A DNA stretch of 64,000 nucleotides, from NCBI GenBank assembly GCA_963692865.2, contig OY843592.1, positions 1,312,001-1,376,000 of the forward strand. Direction: 5' to 3'. Below are positions 19,518 to 29,600 of this stretch, one piece after another. A program made the position numbers and the translations under genes. Positions within the stretch are counted from its first letter, which is position 1. Each line of letters starts with the position of its first letter. The notes under the pieces were generated by a model. That model was not told the DNA's origin and ran no database searches. It was given only the letters and a program-made list of their open reading frames with translations. Source of the stretch: a bacterium (GTDB taxonomy: Bacteria > UBA8248).

Positions 19518-20153
19518 CTACCGGCTCAGCCGGAACACTTCCTGCAGGATGGCCTCGGCCTCCGCCTCCGCGCCCAGGGCGGCGACGGCGCGCTCCACGA
19601 GGTTCTCCGCCTCGGGCGTCCGGTAGCCCAACTGCCCCACCAGCACGGCCATGACGTCCCCGTGCAGGGGCGCGGCGTCTTGACGCTCGGCGGGCGGCGG
19701 CGCGAGGTCTCCCGTGAGGTGAAGCTCCGCAATCTCCTCTCTGAGGGTGGAGATCACCTGCTCGGCCTTCTTCCTGCCGATGCCGGGCAGTTTCGTGAGG
19801 AGCGTGGCGTTCGCCGCCGCGATGGCTTCCGCAATCTGGAGGGGAGGCAGGCCCATCGCCCGCACCCCGCTTTTGGGGCTGATGCCGGGCACCTTGATGA
19901 AAGAGAGGAAAAACGCCCTCTCTTCCGCCGAGAGGAACCCCACCAGCCGGGGCAGGAGCTGGCCCGTGGCCACGTTTCCCTCCAGGTAATGATGGGTGTG
20001 GAGTTCCACCGCCTCGCGCGCGCCCATGAGGGCTTGCAACTCATGCACCGCGTATCCGCCCACCTGGATTTCGTAGGCGAGCCCGGTCGGCGTCTTCAGG
20101 ATGACGCATTCGTCCTGGACGTCGATGATCTCGCCCGATATCCGGCGGATCAT
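19518..20153 (-). CDS. ruvA: Holliday junction binding protein RuvA
   Basis: MIRRISG start, HhH motifs VPGISPK and LPGIGRKKA; between ruvC and ruvB. Confidence 0.92.
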   Translation of the reverse strand: MIRRISGEIIDVQDECVILKTPTGLAYEIQVGGYAVHELQALMGAREAVELHTHHYLEGNVATGQLLPRLVGFLSAEERAFFLSFIKVPGISPKSGVRAMGLPPLQIAEAIAAANATLLTKLPGIGRKKAEQVISTLREEIAELHLTGDLAPPPAERQDAAPLHGDVMAVLVGQLGYRTPEAENLVERAVAALGAEAEAEAILQEVFRLSR

Positions 20154-20683
20154 GCGCCGCTCCCGACCGCCTGCTCTCGCCTCAAGTGGCTGCGGTCGAT
20201 GTGGCAATACGCGGCGGCGATGGCGTCGGCCACGTCGGCGGGTTCGGGCAAATCGTGCAGTCTGAGTCGTTGCCGGACCATGTGCTGCACCTGCGCCTTC
20301 GTGGCGCGTCCGGCGCCGACGAGCGATTTCTTGATCTCCGTGGCCGCGTAGCTGGCCACGGGCACGCGCGCCTGCGACGCGGCGAGGAAGATTACGCCCC
20401 GCGCGTGCCCCATGATGATGGAGGTGCGGGGGTGCTTGTAGTGGCTGTAGAGGTTCTCCACCGCCATGACGTGGGGTTCGTTCGTCTCGATGATGTGGGC
20501 GAGGTCCTTGTGCAACTCGTAGAGTCGCTTCTCGATGGGCGCGCTCGAATCGTTTTTGAGTATGCCGCCGTCCACCAGGCGCGGTTCGTATTCGCCTTCA
20601 TCGAGGCGCAGGACGGCGTAGCCCGTCACGCCAAGGCCGGGGTCCACGCCCAGAACGCGGAATGTGCCTGCGGATTGCGTCAA
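20150..20683 (-). CDS. ruvC: Crossover junction endodeoxyribonuclease RuvC
   Basis: LGVDPG..TGY, AVE, GHARG, G.A.K.QV, DVADA. Confidence 0.95.
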   Translation of the reverse strand: MTQSAGTFRVLGVDPGLGVTGYAVLRLDEGEYEPRLVDGGILKNDSSAPIEKRLYELHKDLAHIIETNEPHVMAVENLYSHYKHPRTSIIMGHARGVIFLAASQARVPVASYAATEIKKSLVGAGRATKAQVQHMVRQRLRLHDLPEPADVADAIAAAYCHIDRSHLRREQAVGSGA

Positions 20684-20714
20684 AAGAAAACCCCACGGGC
20701 GGTGGGTCGTTCGT

Positions 20715-21464
20715 TTATACGGATGCCTCCGCCATCTGTTCTTCTGAAATGTCGAAGTTCGCGTAGACGTTCTGCACGTCGTCGTTGTCCTCGAGCGCCT
20801 CCATGAGGCGAAGCATCTGTTCCGCCTGTTTTCCCTCGAGTTTCACCGTCGATTTGGGCAGCATGGCGAGCTCTGCCGATTCCGTCGGTATCCCGCTGTT
20901 CTCGATCGCCTCGCGCACGGACTCGAACGCATCGGGCGGGGTGTGTATCTCGAAGAAATCATCGGTGGATTCGAAGTCCTCCGCTCCCGTTTCGAGCGCG
21001 AGTTCCATGAGCGTATCCTCGTCCACGCTCTCCCGGGAGACGAGGAACAGGCCCTTTTTCTCGAAGTTCCACGCCACGGCGTTCGGCTCCGCCATGGTGC
21101 CGTTGTTCTTCGTCAGGATGTGGCGGATTTCCGCACCCGTGCGGTTGCGGTTGTCGGTGAGCACCGCGATGAGAATCGCCACCCCGTTGGGGCCGTAGCC
21201 CTCGTAGGCGCATTCCTCGTAGTTCACGCCTTCGAGCTCGCCCGTTCCCTTGGCGATGGCGCGCGTGATGTTCTCCTGGGGCATGTTGGCCCCTTTCGCC
21301 GTCTGGATGGCCGTGCGCAAGCGGGGGTTGCCGTCGGGGTCTCCCCCGCCGAGCCGGGCCGCGATGGTGATTTCCTTGATGAGTTTGGTGAAAATCTTGC
21401 CGCGCTTGGCGTCGAGCGCGCCTTTTTTCCGCTTGATGGTGCTCCATTTGGAATGACCGGACAT
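20715..21464 (-). CDS. yebC: YebC/PmpR-family protein
   Basis: [31 protein letters not shown]. Confidence 0.97.
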   Translation of the reverse strand: MSGHSKWSTIKRKKGALDAKRGKIFTKLIKEITIAARLGGGDPDGNPRLRTAIQTAKGANMPQENITRAIAKGTGELEGVNYEECAYEGYGPNGVAILIAVLTDNRNRTGAEIRHILTKNNGTMAEPNAVAWNFEKKGLFLVSRESVDEDTLMELALETGAEDFESTDDFFEIHTPPDAFESVREAIENSGIPTESAELAMLPKSTVKLEGKQAEQMLRLMEALEDNDDVQNVYANFDISEEQMAEASV

Positions 21465-21705
21465 GACGGGTACTCCTGCGATTCACCTGCGGTGGATTCT
21501 ATCCCTCTCCATCCGAAGGACATTCGTCTTCACGAGGCATTCTGACTATAATTTCTAGCATGGGGGGCGGTGGGAGTAAAGACTCGGGCCTGCCGGGCGC
21601 GGTCTCGAAAAGCCCCGCGTGGACACCTCGGCGACGGGGTGATATTTTTCCGCCGGACGTTTCCGGGGAGGATGGGTTCTGAGTTCTCGAAAAACAGTGT
21701 CTTCC

Positions 21706-22668
21706 ATGAATCCTGTCGAGAGAGGCGCGCGGACGCTTCGGATCGAAGCCGAGGCGCTCGCGGGGCTCATCGAACGGCTGGATGAAGGGTTCATCCGGGC
21801 GGTCGAAATCGTCTTGGGGTGCAAGGGAAAGGTCGCGGTGACCGGCATGGGCAAGAGCGGGCTGATCGGGCAGAAGATTTCCGCCACGCTTGCGAGCACG
21901 GGCGCGCCGTCTTATTTCCTTCACCCCGCCGAGGGCGTTCACGGCGATCTGGGCATGGTGACGAAAGACGACGCCGTCGTCGCGCTCTCCTACAGCGGCG
22001 AGACGGACGAGGTGGTGCGCATCCTGCCCGTCTTCGCCCGTCTGGGGGCGCCGCTCATCGCCATCACCGGGGCCGAGAATTCCACCCTCTGGCGCGCGGC
22101 GCAGGCCGTGCTGAACATTCACGTAAAAGAAGAAGCCTGCCCGATTCAACTCGCTCCCACGGCGAGCAGCACCGCCGCCTTGGCGATGGGCGATGCGCTG
22201 GCGATGGCCGTTCTGGAGGCGCGGGGGTTTCAGCCCGAGGATTTCGCGCGCTTCCATCCCGGCGGGGTTCTGGGGAAGAAGCTCATTCGCGTGAAAGAGT
22301 TGATGGTTACGGGCGGCGACGTCCCGCGCGTGGACGAGGCGGCTTCCCTGGCTCAGGTCGTGCGCGAGATGAGCGCCAAGAGGCTGGGGATGACGTGCGT
22401 GGCGGGTCCGGGTCAGGAGTTGCGCGGCGTCATCACGGACGGGGACTTGAGGCGCGCGATGGAGAAGATTGGTGAGTTGCCCGGGCTTACGGCGAAAGAA
22501 CTAATGACGGCCGCTCCAAAGACCATCGACGAAGACGAAATGGCCGCCGCCGCGGTTCAGATGATGGAGGCGAGCGCCATTACGTGCCTGGCGGTCACCG
22601 AAGGCCCGGATGGACGCCTGGCGGGCGTGTTGCACTTACACCACCTGCTGCGCGCGGGCGTGGTGTAG
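21706..22668 (+). CDS. kdsD: KpsF/GutQ arabinose-5-phosphate isomerase (SIS + CBS)
   Basis: TGMGKSG, HPAEG.HGDLG, APTAS, FHPGG.LG, CBS pair. Confidence 0.93.
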   Translation: MNPVERGARTLRIEAEALAGLIERLDEGFIRAVEIVLGCKGKVAVTGMGKSGLIGQKISATLASTGAPSYFLHPAEGVHGDLGMVTKDDAVVALSYSGETDEVVRILPVFARLGAPLIAITGAENSTLWRAAQAVLNIHVKEEACPIQLAPTASSTAALAMGDALAMAVLEARGFQPEDFARFHPGGVLGKKLIRVKELMVTGGDVPRVDEAASLAQVVREMSAKRLGMTCVAGPGQELRGVITDGDLRRAMEKIGELPGLTAKELMTAAPKTIDEDEMAAAAVQMMEASAITCLAVTEGPDGRLAGVLHLHHLLRAGVV

Positions 22669-22725
22669 ATTTTCCCCTTAGACTGATTCCTCCGAACCGC
22701 CCAGGCGCAGCGTCGGCTCTTCGAC

Positions 22726-23469
22726 TCATTTCCACCCCGAAGGCCCGAAAATCAGCAAAGCGAGCGCTGCGGCTATCATCAGCAACAGGCCGACCGTGAA
22801 GCCCAGAGCGGGCGGGATGCGCCCGCGCAACAATCTTCCCAGCAGGAATCCGGCGACGGCGGGCAGAATCGATACGGCGGAGCGCGCCGACTCGAAGGCC
22901 CCCAGCGCGCCCGAGCCGCTCAGCACCGCTATCTGAACGCTCGCGAACACCAGTGCGCCGGTGTAGGTGAGCCGCATCATCCGGGCGCGGCCCGCGCCCG
23001 TACTGTCGAGATACATGATGCTGACGGGATTGCCCGCGTAGGAAAAGCCGCTCAGGCCGCCTGCGAAGAATCCGGCCAGATAGGTGAAGAAAGTCTCGTC
23101 GCGCATGTCGAGCTGGATTCTCTGGCGCGAGATGCTGTAGACGGCGAACAGCAGCACCAGGACGCCCACCGACCACTTGAGGAACGTGGGGGGGCTGGAT
23201 ATGAGCACCAGCACGCCCACGGCGGCGCCCGCCGCGCCCGCGCCCAGGAAGGGCATGAGGCGTTTGAGCGAAGGGGCGGGAACGCCGCCTCCGATTGCGC
23301 GAATCGCCACCAGGATGAGGTTCGGAATCGAAAGGGTGAGCACGGAATCACGCACCCCGATGAGCGCGCCCAGCGCGGGCGTGGCCAGGAGGCCGAAGTC
23401 TATCCCCGCGGCGCCCTCCAGAAACGCCGCGGCGAAGACGAGAAGCGTGATATCCCAGGTAGGCCACAT
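22726..23469 (-). CDS. TauE/SafE (sulfite exporter-like) membrane protein
   Basis: ~8 TM, G.AG..FGL..TP motif; follows the amidohydrolase on the same strand. Confidence 0.75.
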   Translation of the reverse strand: MWPTWDITLLVFAAAFLEGAAGIDFGLLATPALGALIGVRDSVLTLSIPNLILVAIRAIGGGVPAPSLKRLMPFLGAGAAGAAVGVLVLISSPPTFLKWSVGVLVLLFAVYSISRQRIQLDMRDETFFTYLAGFFAGGLSGFSYAGNPVSIMYLDSTGAGRARMMRLTYTGALVFASVQIAVLSGSGALGAFESARSAVSILPAVAGFLLGRLLRGRIPPALGFTVGLLLMIAAALALLIFGPSGWK

Positions 23470-23487
23470 CGGCTCGGGCGTATCCGG

Positions 23488-24486
23488 CTAGAGGTTCAGC
23501 AGGCGCTGGATGTTCTTGTGCGATACGTTTTCGTATTCTTCCCGGCTCAGTCCCGCTCGCCCGAGCGTTTCGACCGCTTCGGTGTCCGTCATGTCGTAGG
23601 GCAGGTCCGTGCCCAGCACGACCCGGTCTCCCCCCATGACGTCCACCAGAAATCGCACGACGGGCGGGTGGAACACCAGCATGTCCAGATAGAAGTTCGA
23701 GCGAAGATATTCCAGCGGCGGGCGCGATATGTTCTTGCACTCGGGCCGCACCTTCCAGCCGTGGGCGAAGCGCCCGACCAGATAGGGCGCGGTTCCCCCG
23801 CCGTGCAGGAAGATGAAGGTGAGGTTCGGCAGCCTGTCGAATATGCCGGAGAAGATGAGCCGGCCGATGCTGTTCGCGCTCTCCGTCGGGAATCCGACCA
23901 GGTTGAACAGGTGATATTCCTTCATCTGCGCTGCGCCCGCCGGGTTGGCCGGATGAACGATGATGGGGGCGTTCATGCCCGCCGCCGCCTCGTAGATGGG
24001 ATAGAAACGCTCATCGTCGAGGTAGCGCCCGTTCACGTTCGTGCTCAGAAATCCGCCCTTGAGCCCCAGTTTGTTGACACAGCGTTCGAGCTCCTTCACC
24101 GAGAGGTCGGCGTTCTGCGCGGGGAGCGACGCCAGGCCGTGGAATTTCGTGGGGTGTTTCTCGATGATGGCGGCGTAGGCGTCGTTTGCCGCCTGGCAGA
24201 GTTCATCGGCAAGGCCGTCGTCGGCCCAGTAGACGCCCGGGTTCGATGAGAAGGAGAGGATGTTCATGTCCAGGTTCATCTCGGCCATGGTCTTGAGCCT
24301 CAAGTCCACGTTGGTGAAAGGCTCGATGGGCGGGTGCATCATGCCCTTGATGTCAACGATGCGCTCGCCTTCCGCGTTCGTGGTGAGGCGGACGCCGTAG
24401 CGCGGACCCTCTTTCTCCAGGATTTCAAAGTATTCGTCCGGGTATATGTGGCAATGAGCGTCGATGTGCATTCTTATCGTCTCCAT
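23488..24486 (-). CDS. Amidohydrolase-2 family (ACMSD-like) protein
   Basis: IDAHCH, VHP, HGGG, GTDLPY. Confidence 0.9.
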   Translation of the reverse strand: METIRMHIDAHCHIYPDEYFEILEKEGPRYGVRLTTNAEGERIVDIKGMMHPPIEPFTNVDLRLKTMAEMNLDMNILSFSSNPGVYWADDGLADELCQAANDAYAAIIEKHPTKFHGLASLPAQNADLSVKELERCVNKLGLKGGFLSTNVNGRYLDDERFYPIYEAAAGMNAPIIVHPANPAGAAQMKEYHLFNLVGFPTESANSIGRLIFSGIFDRLPNLTFIFLHGGGTAPYLVGRFAHGWKVRPECKNISRPPLEYLRSNFYLDMLVFHPPVVRFLVDVMGGDRVVLGTDLPYDMTDTEAVETLGRAGLSREEYENVSHKNIQRLLNL

Positions 24487-24567
24487 GAAGGGAAAAGCCG
24501 AACCGGATTGTTAGCACCCGCGAACGAGGGGTGTCAATGATGAGGCTTAATCAAACCGATGAAGCAA

Positions 24568-24720
24568 GGGGTTGTTGAAATACCCGGCACTTGAACAAAC
24601 GCGTTCTGCTCGTTTTGCATACCGCTGTGTCTACCTCACCCTGAGTAGCCGCCGAAGGCGGCGTATCGAAGGGTCGCTCCCTCGATACGGCGCGTGAGCG
24701 CGCCTACTCGGGATGAGGGT
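24568..24720. repeat. MITE-like left end plus CCTGAGTAG palindrome pair
   Basis: GGGGTTGTTGAAATAC at 24568; CCTCACCCTGAGTAGCCGCCGAAGGCGGCGTATCGAAGG and its inverted partner; no right end found. Confidence 0.7.
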
Positions 24721-24850
24721 GGGATTACGGGAATGGGCGACGAACGAGTTGCAAGCAATTTTCCCTTAAAGGGGCATTTAAAAAAAACCGGCAAGGGTGG
24801 GATTTGCGCGGTGGGCTCTGAAGATTTCTACATCGTCAATGGCTGAAAAT

Positions 24851-25627
24851 TCAAGGTTTGCCGGCCCGGATGGTCGCGCTCGCCAGTTCAGGCGTGACGT
24901 AGGGTTTTCGGCCGATGATCTCCACTTGGGCGAAACCGGCCTCGCGCAGGCCGGCGACGTAAGCATCCTCGCCGATGGCGCCCGCGATGCACGCGCACCA
25001 ATCCGCGATGGAGGCATCTCCGGGCGACTCGGTGGTTTCGTCTCCCGCCGCGATGCCCGCCCGGATGACGTCCGACACCACGAAGCGCCCGCCCGGGCGC
25101 AGCACGCGAAACGATTCGTGGAACACGGCCGGTTTGTCCGGCGAGAGGTTGATGACGCAGTTGCTGATGACGATGTCGACCGAGGCGTCTTCAATCGGCA
25201 TGTTCTCCATCTCGCCCTTTCTGAACGAGACGTTCGCGGCGCCCATGGTTTGTCTGTTCCGCTCCGCCTTCTCCAGCATGGCGTCCGTCATGTCGAGGCC
25301 GATGACGCTCCCCTCCGGCCCCACCTCCTTCGCGGCGAGAAAACAATCCAGCCCCGCGCCCGAGCCCAGATCCAGCACCGTTTCGCCCGGTTGGGGATGC
25401 GCGTCCAGGATCGGGTTTCCGCAACCCGCGTTCGCGCTCAGGACGTCCGGAGGAAGCTCCCCCACGGCATCTTCCGCATAGCCGATGCTCTCGACGTTCT
25501 CCACCCCCATGGGCATCTCGGCGTCCGCCTCTCCGCAGCAGGAAACCTCGCCTGCGGCGACTTTCGCATAGAGTTCCCGAACGGCGTTTTTGATGCTTCC
25601 CGCATCGTCGCAGCATTCAGCGGACAT
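24851..25627 (-). CDS. arsM: Arsenite S-adenosylmethionine methyltransferase
   Basis: SCC, GCGNP, VLDLGSGAG.D, ISNCVINLSPDK, WCACIAGA. Confidence 0.88.
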   Translation of the reverse strand: MSAECCDDAGSIKNAVRELYAKVAAGEVSCCGEADAEMPMGVENVESIGYAEDAVGELPPDVLSANAGCGNPILDAHPQPGETVLDLGSGAGLDCFLAAKEVGPEGSVIGLDMTDAMLEKAERNRQTMGAANVSFRKGEMENMPIEDASVDIVISNCVINLSPDKPAVFHESFRVLRPGGRFVVSDVIRAGIAAGDETTESPGDASIADWCACIAGAIGEDAYVAGLREAGFAQVEIIGRKPYVTPELASATIRAGKP

Positions 25628-25736
25628 GGGTGGAATCTCCTCGTCGGTGGTACTGGGGTTTTGCAGATAAATGTCCCGAACGCGTACAGGATAGCAAGGC
25701 CGGGGGAGTGAAGGGAAGGGGGGCGACATGGAGATT

Positions 25737-26001
25737 GTAGGGACAACCCTTTCGGGTTGTCCTGCCTCTTGTGGTTATCCCTAGTCAGGACAGGCGCGGG
25801 GGTCAGCCCTGACTGAGTGGGGGGGTGTGGGACTTCATTGGTTTTGCTTCGTCGCTTTTGTTCGTCATTCCGGCGCATGCCGGAATCCAGGGTTTCGCCT
25901 TTCGTTTTTTGTCTTCATTGCCCGATCCACCAAAGAGGGGATGAAATGCCGCAATGTGTCCACCCCCATCTGTTCTGGATTCCGGCATGCGCCGGAATGA
26001 C
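25737..26001. repeat. REP doublet plus GTCATTCC...GGAATC palindrome pair
   Basis: GTAGGGACAACCCTTTCGGGTTGTCC; GTCATTCCGGCGCATGCCGGAATCC (25864) and inverted copy ending 26001. Confidence 0.8.
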
Positions 26002-26174
26002 GAACCAAGAGCGCGCGCCAGTATTGACCGGCTGCAGGGAAACGCACTGGCCGTTCCATGCGAAACCAAAATCACGGCCAGAGAGTCACGGTTCACCGCT
26101 GCGGGTTGCGGGAAAATCGCTTCCGTGCAACTTTGGAGCCGAGCCGCCCCTAATCCTCTTTCATGCGTCGAGTG

Positions 26175-28907
26175 ATGAGCGAAGAGAAGAAACGAATCTA
26201 TCTCATCGACGGCTCGGGCTACATGTTCCGGGCCTATTACGGCACGATGCGCCAGCGTCTTTCGAACTCGAAGGGCGTGCCCACGGGCGGCACGCTGGCC
26301 TTCGCCCGAATGCTCCTGAAAGTGATTCGCGAGCGCGCGCCGGAATACGTCGCCATCGCCTTCGACCGCCCCGAACCCACGTTCCGCCACGAACTCTACC
26401 CAGCCTACAAGGGAAACCGCGACGCGGCGCCCGAGGACCTGGTCGAGCAAATCCCCTACATGCACCGCGTGGTCGAGGTGCTGCGCATTCCGCTACTCGT
26501 GCAGGTCGGGGCCGAGGCGGACGACATCATCGGCACGCTGGCCGCGCGCGCCGAGGCGGAGGATTTCGAGGTCGTTCTGGTCACGGCGGACAAGGATTTC
26601 GCCCAGCTTGTCTCGGAAAACGTGCGCATCTGGGACCCGATGAAGGACGCGGAGATGGGTCCTGCGGAGATCGAGGCGAAATGGGGCGTGCCGCCGGAGA
26701 AATTCGTGGATATACAAGCGCTCATGGGCGATTCGACGGACAACATCCCCGGCGTGCCGGGCATCGGGGAGAAAACCGCCGTCGCCCTCATCCAGCAGTT
26801 CGGCGGACTCGACCAAGTGCTCGCATCCACCGATCAGATAAAACGCCCCAAGCAGCGGGAGAACATCGAGGAAAACGTCGATATGGCGCGCCTCTCGCGA
26901 GAGCTTTGCACCATCAAGCGCGACCTCGTTCTCGAGGGAGACCTGGAATCCTGCCGTCTGGGAGACGCCGACGTCGAGGCGGGCAGAAAACTCTTCGTCG
27001 AGGAACTGGAATTCAAGAACATCATGGAGCAGCTTCCCGGATACAGCGCGGAAGACGCCGAAGAAACCGCGCCCGAAGAAGCGGCCCCATCAGCCGAAGA
27101 GGAGGAGCGTGACTATCACATTATCCGCACTGCCGAAGAACTCGCGTCGATGATCGCGGAACTGGAATCTGCGGGGTGCTTCGCGTTCGATCTGGAGACC
27201 ACCTCGCTCGATCCCATGAAGGCGCGCATCGTAGGCTTCAGCTTCTCCGCCGCTGCGGGCCGCGCGTTCTATGTCCCGGTGGGGCATGAGACGATGGATT
27301 CGGGCCCCCAGCTTCCGCTCGAAGACGTGCTCGCTGAAGCCTCACCGCTCCTGAGATCACCCGAGGTCGAGAAAATCGGCCAGAACATCAAGTACGACAT
27401 CGCCGTGCTCAAAGAGGCCGGTCTCGACGTTCGCGGCCCCTTGTTCGACACCATGCTCGCCTCCTACCTCCTGCTTTCGAGCCGCAGGAGCCACGGGATG
27501 GACCATCTGGCGCAGGAGTATTTCGGGGTGACGACCATCAAATACGCCGATCTGTGCGGCAAGGGCGCCAAGGAGATCCCCTTCTCCCACGTGCCCATCG
27601 AGGCGGCGGCCCCCTACGCCTGCCAGGACGCCGACATCACGTACCGCCTGGCCGCCGAGATGGCCCCGCAACTCGAAAACGACGGCCTCATAAAGCTATT
27701 CGAGGAACTCGAAGTCCCTCTCCTGCGCGTCCTGCTCAATATGGAGCGCGCGGGCATCCGGCTGGACAGGGAGTTCCTGCGCAACATGGGCAAGGAACTC
27801 GAAGCGCGCCTCGATAAGATGACGAGCGATATCCACGGGTTGGCCGGCGGGGAGTTCAACATCAACTCCACCCAGCAGTTGCGCGTCATCCTGTTCGAAA
27901 AGCTGAACCTGCCCGTCATCAAGCGAACGAAAACGGGGCCATCCACGGACATCGACACGCTGGAGAGGCTTGCGCCTCAGCACCCCCTGCCCCAGGAGAT
28001 TCTGAACTTCAGGCAGCTCTCGAAGCTCAAGAGCACCTACGTGGACACCCTGCCCGAACTGGTGAACACGCAGACGGGCCGCATCCACGCCCGCTTCAAC
28101 CAGACGGTCGCCGCCACGGGCCGCCTGAGCGGTTCGGACCCCAATCTTCAGAACATCCCCATCCGCACGGATCTGGGCCGCCAGATACGCCGGGCCTTCC
28201 TGCCCGAGGAGGGGTGGAAGCTCCTCTCGGCGGACTACAGCCAGATTGAACTGAGGGTGCTGGCCCATTTCACGAACGACCCGGCTCTCGTCGACGCCTT
28301 CGCCAAGGGGGAGGACATCCACGCCACGACCGCCTCGGCCGTCTACGGCGTGCCGCTCGAAGGTGTCGACTCCGAGATGCGCCGCGTCGCCAAGGCGGTG
28401 AACTTCGGGATCATCTACGGGCAGGGGGCCTTCGGCCTCTCCCAGACCATCGGCATCCCGCAGTCCGAGGCGCGTTCTTTCATCGACACCTATTTCGAGC
28501 GCTTCGCCGCCGTGCCCGCCTTCGTGGATGAGACCATCGAGAACGGCAGATCGAGCGGCTACGTCTCCACCATCATGGGCCGGCGCAGGTATCTGCCCGA
28601 TCTGAACAGCCGGAACCGCAACGCGAAAAACGCCGCCGAGCGGACGGCGGTGAACTCCGTCATCCAGGGAAGCGCCGCCGACATCATCAAGCTCGCGATG
28701 ATTGCCATCGCAGACCGCCTGAAGAGAGAAGAGAGAGAAGCGCGCATGCTCGTGCAGGTGCACGATGAGCTCCTGTTCGAGATACCGCCCGCGGAAATCG
28801 AAGCCGTGGCCGCCCTCGTCGCCGGGGAGATGCGCGGCGCGATGCCCCTGCACGTTCCGCTCGACGTGGACGTGAGCACGGGCGAGAACTGGGGCGAGCT
28901 CAAGTAG
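26175..28907 (+). CDS. polA: DNA polymerase I
   Basis: LIDGS 5'-exonuclease, FDLET 3'-exonuclease, TGRLS, SADYSQIELR, KAVNFGIIYG, QVHDEL. Confidence 0.98.
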   Translation: MSEEKKRIYLIDGSGYMFRAYYGTMRQRLSNSKGVPTGGTLAFARMLLKVIRERAPEYVAIAFDRPEPTFRHELYPAYKGNRDAAPEDLVEQIPYMHRVVEVLRIPLLVQVGAEADDIIGTLAARAEAEDFEVVLVTADKDFAQLVSENVRIWDPMKDAEMGPAEIEAKWGVPPEKFVDIQALMGDSTDNIPGVPGIGEKTAVALIQQFGGLDQVLASTDQIKRPKQRENIEENVDMARLSRELCTIKRDLVLEGDLESCRLGDADVEAGRKLFVEELEFKNIMEQLPGYSAEDAEETAPEEAAPSAEEEERDYHIIRTAEELASMIAELESAGCFAFDLETTSLDPMKARIVGFSFSAAAGRAFYVPVGHETMDSGPQLPLEDVLAEASPLLRSPEVEKIGQNIKYDIAVLKEAGLDVRGPLFDTMLASYLLLSSRRSHGMDHLAQEYFGVTTIKYADLCGKGAKEIPFSHVPIEAAAPYACQDADITYRLAAEMAPQLENDGLIKLFEELEVPLLRVLLNMERAGIRLDREFLRNMGKELEARLDKMTSDIHGLAGGEFNINSTQQLRVILFEKLNLPVIKRTKTGPSTDIDTLERLAPQHPLPQEILNFRQLSKLKSTYVDTLPELVNTQTGRIHARFNQTVAATGRLSGSDPNLQNIPIRTDLGRQIRRAFLPEEGWKLLSADYSQIELRVLAHFTNDPALVDAFAKGEDIHATTASAVYGVPLEGVDSEMRRVAKAVNFGIIYGQGAFGLSQTIGIPQSEARSFIDTYFERFAAVPAFVDETIENGRSSGYVSTIMGRRRYLPDLNSRNRNAKNAAERTAVNSVIQGSAADIIKLAMIAIADRLKREEREARMLVQVHDELLFEIPPAEIEAVAALVAGEMRGAMPLHVPLDVDVSTGENWGELK

Positions 28908-28925
28908 CGGAGGCGCGCGTTCGGC

Positions 28926-29588
28926 ATGTCCAACCTCTACGCGGTCGGCGATATCCACGGCCAGATCCACATGCTCGAAGCACTGGTGGAGCGCGCGCCC
29001 TTCCAGGAGGACGATGAGATCGTCTTTCTCGGCGATTACATCGACCGGGGGCGGGATTCCAGGGCCGTGGTCGATTTGCTCATCCGCTTCAAGCGCGAGT
29101 ATCCCAATACCGTGTTCCTGCGCGGCAACCACGAGGACATGCTCCTCGATTACCTCGCAGGCGGCGGGAGCTATCATCCGGGCGTCTACGTGATGAACGG
29201 CGGCGACGCGACGCTGGAAAACTACCGCGATTCGAGCGGCGACGTTCGGCTGCCGCCCGAGCATCTGAAGTTTTTCGACTCGCTCGAGTGGATTCATGTG
29301 AGCCGCGGGTTCATCTTCGTGCATGCGGGCCTGAAGCCGGGCGTTCCCATCGACCGCCAGGACCCGATGGATATGGTCTGGATACGCGAGGAGTTTCTCC
29401 ATGCGGCATACGATTTCGGCGGGCCCGTCGTTTTCGGACACACCCCGGGATGGGAGATGAAGAACGAACTCCCCTTTTACCTGGGTATCGACACGGCCGC
29501 CGTAATGGGCGGGCGCCTGACCTGCGTGCAACTCGCCGAGGGCGAGATCGTGAACTGCCACCAGGTTTCCTCGCAGGAAGTGGAATAA
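28926..29588 (+). CDS. Ser/Thr phosphatase-like metallophosphoesterase
   Basis: GDIHG, GDYIDRG, GNHE, FVHAG, FGHTP. Confidence 0.93.
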   Translation: MSNLYAVGDIHGQIHMLEALVERAPFQEDDEIVFLGDYIDRGRDSRAVVDLLIRFKREYPNTVFLRGNHEDMLLDYLAGGGSYHPGVYVMNGGDATLENYRDSSGDVRLPPEHLKFFDSLEWIHVSRGFIFVHAGLKPGVPIDRQDPMDMVWIREEFLHAAYDFGGPVVFGHTPGWEMKNELPFYLGIDTAAVMGGRLTCVQLAEGEIVNCHQVSSQEVE

Positions 29589-29600
29589 GCCGGCCCGCTC